In this document: positions 58,789 through 64,000 of the stretch, one piece after another
Position numbering within the stretch: the first letter of the stretch is position 1
Layout: each line of letters starts with the position of its first letter
Source of the DNA: Pseudomonadota bacterium
GTDB lineage: Bacteria; Babelota; Babeliae; Babelales; CAIQNR01
Assembly (NCBI GenBank): GCA_027487215.1
Contig: JAIYDZ010000006.1
Location: forward strand, 69,366-133,365
Direction: 5' to 3'
Length of the DNA stretch: 64,000 bases
Made by a program: the position numbers and the translations under genes
Notes under the pieces: generated by a model
Database searches by the model: none
Seen by the model: the letters and a program-made list of their open reading frames with translations, nothing else
Told to the model about the DNA's origin: nothing

Positions 58789-59783
58789 ACTCCCGCTGCA
58801 AGAATAACTTCAAGCAGTAACCAGGCACATAGTGCCCACACAAACGGCATAAAAATATCATGATATTTATGATAGACATTTGTTTCATACTCAGATTTTT
58901 CAAGCTCATCAATCGTTTGATAAATCGTGTGTAACTCTTTTTGATTACGTGCTAAAAATGATTTACCTCCCGATTTGCCTGCCAACTGCTTAAGAAGCTC
59001 TGTATTAACAACAGCTCCTGTTCGTTGCATCCCCACAAGCGGATGATACATAATTCCGCCTTCAGGACTACCAATACCAATCGTATAAATTTTTACTCCA
59101 TACTTTTTGGCAAGCACAAGCGCATCACTCGGATGAAGATCGTTTTGCGTCGGTTCACCATCGGTGATTAAAATAATAATTTTTGTTTTTGCTTCAGATT
59201 TTTTAAGACGACCAAGCGCAGTAATCAGTGCTTTTGAAATAACAGTGCCTTCAGGATCAATAACACCTAATTGCACATCTTTAACAATTGATTCTAAAAC
59301 ATTTTTATCCAGTGTTAACGGACAGCGCGAAACCGCCTCATTACCAAAAAGCACGAGTCCAATGGGGTCATTTTCACGTCTTTTAATAAACTTAACAGCC
59401 TCTTCTTTAGCAACAGTAATTCTTTGTTTTTGATCTTGAGGATCATCAAACAACTGCATACTACCAGACACATCAAGCACCAACATAATATCAATGCCTT
59501 CAACATGTACTTTTGATTGTTTATCAACCAGCTGGGGACGCGCAATAAGTAATGCAAGAGCAAGTAGCGTAAACACGCGTGAAAAGAAAAAAAACTTATC
59601 ACGCCATAATAAAACTTTACTTGACTGCAAAAGCAAATCAGCCAAAGGATAGCGATAAACTGGTGGTTTATAATAAAACCAACGATACCCTATCACTGCA
59701 CACACAAAGGGAATCAAAAGATATAATGCGTATACATATGTAAACTGTACTGGAAAAGTCATGTCACACCTTTTTATGCGCAT
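58773..59783 (-). CDS. batA: VWA-domain membrane protein, BatA-like
   Basis: 336 aa. N-terminal TM helices, MIDAS LVLDVSGSM, LITDGEPT, and a C-terminal TM. Confidence 0.8.
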   Translation of the reverse strand: MRIKRCDMTFPVQFTYVYALYLLIPFVCAVIGYRWFYYKPPVYRYPLADLLLQSSKVLLWRDKFFFFSRVFTLLALALLIARPQLVDKQSKVHVEGIDIMLVLDVSGSMQLFDDPQDQKQRITVAKEEAVKFIKRRENDPIGLVLFGNEAVSRCPLTLDKNVLESIVKDVQLGVIDPEGTVISKALITALGRLKKSEAKTKIIILITDGEPTQNDLHPSDALVLAKKYGVKIYTIGIGSPEGGIMYHPLVGMQRTGAVVNTELLKQLAGKSGGKSFLARNQKELHTIYQTIDELEKSEYETNVYHKYHDIFMPFVWALCAWLLLEVILAAGVWFGL

Positions 59784-60087
59784 TCTATTAAAATGAGTTT
59801 TATCATTTTATTTTTAAAGTGTTTTAACTTTACAATAAAAAACAAAAACTTCAAAAGATGAGCTTACCTTTATAAAAGACTCAAAATTTTTCTTAAGAAG
59901 ATATCCATAAAAAAAGAATATAAATTAGCAGGATGCAATTCTACCTATTGACTGTTTGTAAATTTTTATTATATCATCAGCATTAGATATCAGATGTGAG
60001 GTCATAGTTTCCTTGGTAGCCAGTTTGAAAAAACCTCCTTTATGGGTTACATTGGCTAGCCATAATAGAGGAATGGTACAAAATAAT

Positions 60088-62334
60088 ATGAAAAAACTGT
60101 TGATCGTAGAGTCTCCTGCCAAAATTAAAACCATCAAAAAATTTCTTGGACCTGAATTTACTATCATGTCCACCATGGGCCACGTAAAAGATTTACCGTC
60201 AAAAAAGATGGGTGTCACGCGTGATCCTATTGCTATTGAATACGTTATCCTTGATAACAAAGACAAAACGATCGCAGACTTGTGCAAAGCTGCACGCACT
60301 GCCGATGAAATCTATCTGGCGCCCGATCCTGATCGTGAAGGTGAAATCATTGCCTGGCACGTAGAGCAGGAACTTAAAAAAGTTATGAAAGCTAAAACGA
60401 TTGTTCATCGTATTGCTTTTAACGAAATTACCAAGGCAGCAGTTCTTGAAGCAATTAACAATCCTCATTCAATTGATCTTCAAAAAGTCGCTGCTCAACA
60501 GGCACGACGCGTGCTTGACCGTTGGGTAGGGTACGAAGTTTCTCCTATATTATGGAAAAAAGTTACCAAAGGTCTTTCAGCTGGCCGCGTACAATCGGTT
60601 GCTCTTAAATTAATTTGTGAACGCGAAACAGAAATCAGAGCTTTTAAACCTGAAGAATACTGGTCAGTTCATGGTACGTTTACCAATGATGCAGGCACGG
60701 TAGTTGCAGCGCTGACACATATCGATAAGAAAAAAGCTGAGCTTACTTCTCAAGAAGGAACTGATAAGGTTGTTACCGATCTTAAAAAACAAAGCTTCAT
60801 TATTGATTCTATTAAAGATAAAAAGCGTACTAAAAACCCACTCCCTCCGTTTATGACCAGTACCTTACAACAGGCTGCTTATAACTCACTTGGATTTGCG
60901 GTTGAAAGAACTATGAAGATTGCTCAAAATCTTTATGAAGGTGTGTCAGTTGGTGGAGATACTCCTACCGCACTTATTACCTATATGCGTACCGACTCTT
61001 TACGTATCTCTGATAGCGCATCAGCTCAGGCCCGCACCTATATTGGTGATCATTATGGAAAAAAATATTTACCTGATGGCGTTCAAGCATATGCTACTAA
61101 ATCAAAGGGAAACACACAGGATGCTCACGAAGCAATCCGCCCTATTGATATTTTTATCACTCCAGAATCAGTAAAACATCATCTTTCAGCAGAACAAGCA
61201 AAATTATATGAGCTTATTTGGAAACGTTTTGTAGCGTGCCAAATGACCTCTGCTTTGTACGCACAACGCCAAGTGACTCTTCAAGGTGGCGTGTATACAT
61301 TCAGCGTGACCGGTTCAACACTCATCTTTGATGGTTTTTTAAAGGTGTACATGATTGATGAAGAGGATGACGCTGACGAAACAGAAAAAAAAGTAGTACT
61401 TCCTGCAGAACTTGTTGAAAAAGATCCAACAGATCTTAAAAAAGTTGATCCTAAACAACATTTTACTCAGCCACCTCCACGTTACAACGAAGCGTCGCTT
61501 GTTAAAGAACTTGAAAAAGAGGGAATTGGTCGACCAAGTACCTACGCCACGATTTTAAATACGATTCGTGCTCGTGCATATACTAACTTGGAAAAGAAAC
61601 GATTTATTCCAACTGAACTTGGGATGACCGTTACTAAAATTTTATCTGAAGGCCTTCCTCATATTATTGATAAGCGCTTTACTGCGCTCATGGAAGAGGA
61701 TCTTGATAAAATAGCTGCAGGCGAAATGGATCGCGATGCTCTGCTTAATGGATTTTATGAGAAATTTGAAACTGATTTAAATGAGTTACGAGGCAGCACA
61801 GGCAAAGCAGCTCAACCGACAGATGTTGATTGCCCAGAATGTAAAGGACACAAACTCATTATCAGATTTGGTAAAGCGGGAGAATTTTTGGGATGTCCTG
61901 GATTTCCTGAATGTTCATATACCAGTAACTTCATCCGCAATGAAGACGGTTCAATTGAACTTGTCCAAAAAGAACAACCACAAGAACTTGAAACCAAATG
62001 TCCTCAATGCAATAAAAACAATTTACGCGAAATGATTGGTAAATACGGTAAGTTTATTGCCTGTTCTGGATACCCTGAATGTAAATACATCCACCAAGAC
62101 AAAGCGGGATTTCAATGCCCTAATGATCAAGGTGATGTAGTCAAACGCAAATGGCGTGGTGGCACTTTCTGGGGATGCAGCAACTATCCAAAATGTAAGT
62201 TCGCTCTTTTTGGTGAAATTGAAGAGACCCCCTGTCCAAACTGTAAACTACCAGCATTAATCAAAAAAACTGATGCTAAAACTGGAAACGTTACTTTGGC
62301 ATGTAGTGACAGAAAGTGTGATTATAAACAGTAA
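60088..62334 (+). CDS. topA: DNA topoisomerase I
   Basis: Started at ATG 60088 (MKKLLIVESPAKIKTIKKFLG = Toprim start, SD AGAGGA). Catalytic Tyr block LITYMRTDS. Four C-terminal C4 zinc ribbons (CPECKGH...CPGFPEC, CPQC...CSGYPEC, CPND...CSNYPKC, CPNC...CSDRKC). The ORF track over-extends to 60013. Confidence 0.96.
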   Translation: MKKLLIVESPAKIKTIKKFLGPEFTIMSTMGHVKDLPSKKMGVTRDPIAIEYVILDNKDKTIADLCKAARTADEIYLAPDPDREGEIIAWHVEQELKKVMKAKTIVHRIAFNEITKAAVLEAINNPHSIDLQKVAAQQARRVLDRWVGYEVSPILWKKVTKGLSAGRVQSVALKLICERETEIRAFKPEEYWSVHGTFTNDAGTVVAALTHIDKKKAELTSQEGTDKVVTDLKKQSFIIDSIKDKKRTKNPLPPFMTSTLQQAAYNSLGFAVERTMKIAQNLYEGVSVGGDTPTALITYMRTDSLRISDSASAQARTYIGDHYGKKYLPDGVQAYATKSKGNTQDAHEAIRPIDIFITPESVKHHLSAEQAKLYELIWKRFVACQMTSALYAQRQVTLQGGVYTFSVTGSTLIFDGFLKVYMIDEEDDADETEKKVVLPAELVEKDPTDLKKVDPKQHFTQPPPRYNEASLVKELEKEGIGRPSTYATILNTIRARAYTNLEKKRFIPTELGMTVTKILSEGLPHIIDKRFTALMEEDLDKIAAGEMDRDALLNGFYEKFETDLNELRGSTGKAAQPTDVDCPECKGHKLIIRFGKAGEFLGCPGFPECSYTSNFIRNEDGSIELVQKEQPQELETKCPQCNKNNLREMIGKYGKFIACSGYPECKYIHQDKAGFQCPNDQGDVVKRKWRGGTFWGCSNYPKCKFALFGEIEETPCPNCKLPALIKKTDAKTGNVTLACSDRKCDYKQ

Positions 62335-62346
62335 ATTGTTTAGATA

Positions 62347-62841
62347 TCATTGCGTCCTGCTGTACACAAGTTGGTACTGATCCTCAACAGGCCCTTTGAT
62401 GATACCAAATTCAATGAAGCCAAACTTTTTTAAAGCAAAATAACTGCGCTTGTTTGAAATATCAACACACGCAGTTATTGTTGTTTGATCAGGATACTGG
62501 TCAAAATAGTCTTTTACCGCAAGAGATAATGCTTCTTGGTAATATCCGTTGCCCCAATAGGATTCATTGATCCAGTTGTAAAGCTGACTACGATACGAAG
62601 GGTCACGAATTTCCACGGCACCGATTAATGTTTCGGTAGCATATTCAAAAATACAGACAAAAAAGGTTGAACCTTCTTTTATTTTTTCAAGCCGTTGTGC
62701 AAGGTACCACGCCTCATCGGCATGGCTTTTAATTCCTAAAATAGTACAAACGGTTTGCGAGAGCATAGACAGATACTCAGGAATATCATCATCGCAAAGC
62801 TCTTTAACAAAAAGCACTTGACCAACATGACGTGCAGCCAT
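62347..62841 (-). CDS. GNAT-family N-acetyltransferase (RimJ/RimL-like)
   Basis: 164 aa. YWGNGYYQEALSLAVKDYF and NKRSYFALKKFGF blocks. No signal peptide, unlike the 15966-17447 pair. Confidence 0.7.
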   Translation of the reverse strand: MAARHVGQVLFVKELCDDDIPEYLSMLSQTVCTILGIKSHADEAWYLAQRLEKIKEGSTFFVCIFEYATETLIGAVEIRDPSYRSQLYNWINESYWGNGYYQEALSLAVKDYFDQYPDQTTITACVDISNKRSYFALKKFGFIEFGIIKGPVEDQYQLVYSRTQ

Positions 62842-62903
62842 TGCATACTCCTTTTTTAAAAGAATACCTGCTCACACAATCCTAATGCAAAAAAATCAGA
62901 CAT

Positions 62904-62935
62904 AAAAAAAAGTGCTCCCCGAAGAAAGCACTTTT
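62904..62935 (-). terminator. rho-independent terminator after ORF 62956->64000
   Basis: On the minus strand: AAAAGTGCT-TTCTTCGGGG-AGCACTTTT followed by further T (8 T in all), about 20 nt after the stop. Confidence 0.6.
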
Positions 62936-62955
62936 AATAAAATTAAATGAAAGAA

Positions 62956-64000
62956 TTATTGAATAGAACAAGCGGCTAACATTGCCCCACCTGCTTGAAT
63001 AGAAGTTACAAGTCCTGCGGTTAAAACCACACCTGTCGCTACCTCTTTTAAAGCCTGTACCGTTCCTGAATCAGGACGAGGTGCATTGTCGCGCTCATTC
63101 TTTGCTCGACGTGCAAGTTTTACTAATTCAGTAAAAGTAATTTCATTAACATCTTCACAACCATGATCTTTAAAATATTTTTTACCATCAGTCCAAACAA
63201 TTACTTTCTGCTTTTCTTGTTGATAAACTTGATCCCCAATTAAAGAGCACATTAAATTCCCAGAAGAATCTATACACATTGATGAAACAGGCGAACTATT
63301 TTCAATCAAAGCTAAATAAGCACCCGTCAGTAGATTATAAACATCAACTTTACCTTTGCTATCAGCCGCAAATAATCGTTTACTACGGGCACAAAATGCA
63401 AGCTGCTGCCATGCGTCATCTAATTCATACATAGGAGATTTATAGCAAGAAAAAATAGCTTCTTGCTTAGTAGGGTTTTTTACTATTAATTCTGAAGTAA
63501 AAGAACATGTAGGTCTGGAAGTATTATCCTGACGCATAGTATTAAGAGTTGCTATTAATTTAAAACCAGTTGACAGAATTAACTCATATTTCTTAAGCTC
63601 AATATTCCCAGAAGGAAATAAGGTTGCTAATTGTTTTCCTTCTGTTTCTTGATGTTCTAACAACTTACATGAGTTTGACTCAACCTTTAAAGCAACTAAA
63701 CTATGATCTTCAGTTGCTAAACGTAAAACTTGCCATGGCATAAAGTTTACCAATTCTTCTGTACACTGTTGCAAGAGCGCAGGATTACGTTTTAATTCCT
63801 GCGCAGACTGAGCAAGATCACTTTCGTTTTGCTTATAAGGCCAAAAAATACAACTTTTTACAAAATCACCAACCATTTTAGGAGTTGTGTTATCAGCATC
63901 AAAAATTGCTAAATGAGCCTGTCTACATGCTTTTTTTTGTACCGGAGTTCCATCCTCACACGCTGCATACGTAGTAAATGATACTAAAGAAAAAATACCC
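62956..64000 (-). CDS. hypothetical protein, C-terminal TM; 5' end beyond the right edge
   Basis: The ORF track starts at ATG 63876, but the frame stays open to 64000 (GIFSLVSFTTYAACEDGTPVQKKACRQAHLAIFDADNTTPK-MVGD...). That upstream stretch looks like the end of a signal/lipoprotein peptide. C-terminal helix VVLTAGLVTSIQAGGAMLAA. Confidence 0.5.
   Translation of the reverse strand, partial: GIFSLVSFTTYAACEDGTPVQKKACRQAHLAIFDADNTTPKMVGDFVKSCIFWPYKQNESDLAQSAQELKRNPALLQQCTEELVNFMPWQVLRLATEDHSLVALKVESNSCKLLEHQETEGKQLATLFPSGNIELKKYELILSTGFKLIATLNTMRQDNTSRPTCSFTSELIVKNPTKQEAIFSCYKSPMYELDDAWQQLAFCARSKRLFAADSKGKVDVYNLLTGAYLALIENSSPVSSMCIDSSGNLMCSLIGDQVYQQEKQKVIVWTDGKKYFKDHGCEDVNEITFTELVKLARRAKNERDNAPRPDSGTVQALKEVATGVVLTAGLVTSIQAGGAMLAACSIQ

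Noticed and set aside
59925-60299. 124-aa minus-strand ORF overlapping the topA 5' region
   Set aside because: It is antisense to the conserved Toprim start of topA and extends into the divergent promoter spacer. It has no SD and a hydrophobic, random-looking sequence.

Overview
This is a low-GC, very gene-dense bacterial chromosome segment read with the standard code. Stops are TAA, TGA and TAG, and many genes overlap by 1-40 nt. I count about 60 protein genes and 3 tRNAs. I saw no rRNA, CRISPR array, transposase or integrase. The conserved backbone is: cmk (partial)-recJ-lysS, sodA, ftsB-like, S41 protease ctp, an RRM RNA-binding protein, glmS, rpsI, tRNA-Thr, dksA-like, tadA, gyrB, tilS, dnaJ, sufU, sufS, sufD-sufB-sufC, hup, tRNA-Cys, tRNA-Leu, rhodanese, lepB, an M23 peptidase, a batA-E-like cluster, topA and a GNAT. 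Between these lie about 20 ORFs with no family I recognise. Most have a signal peptide or TM segment, and several form tandem paralog pairs. That profile fits a reduced, host-associated bacterium; Dependentiae/TM6-like is an unverified guess. The stand-out is a 15.3-kb plus-strand block (29268-44559) between sufS and sufD. It encodes four paralogous secreted modular giant proteins: signal peptide, N-domain, His/Pro/Gln/Tyr-rich tract, coiled coil, Lys/Glu polyampholyte, polybasic + Ala-rich motif, and a long helical TPR/Sel1-like region. The fourth copy is split by a -1 frame change exactly at a canonical slippery heptamer, A_AAA_AAC (40714-40720). Several ORF-track starts are GTG/TTG over-extensions; where an SD or homology argued for it I moved the start. 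All functional calls come from motif recognition by eye. No database search, fold prediction or statistics could be run.
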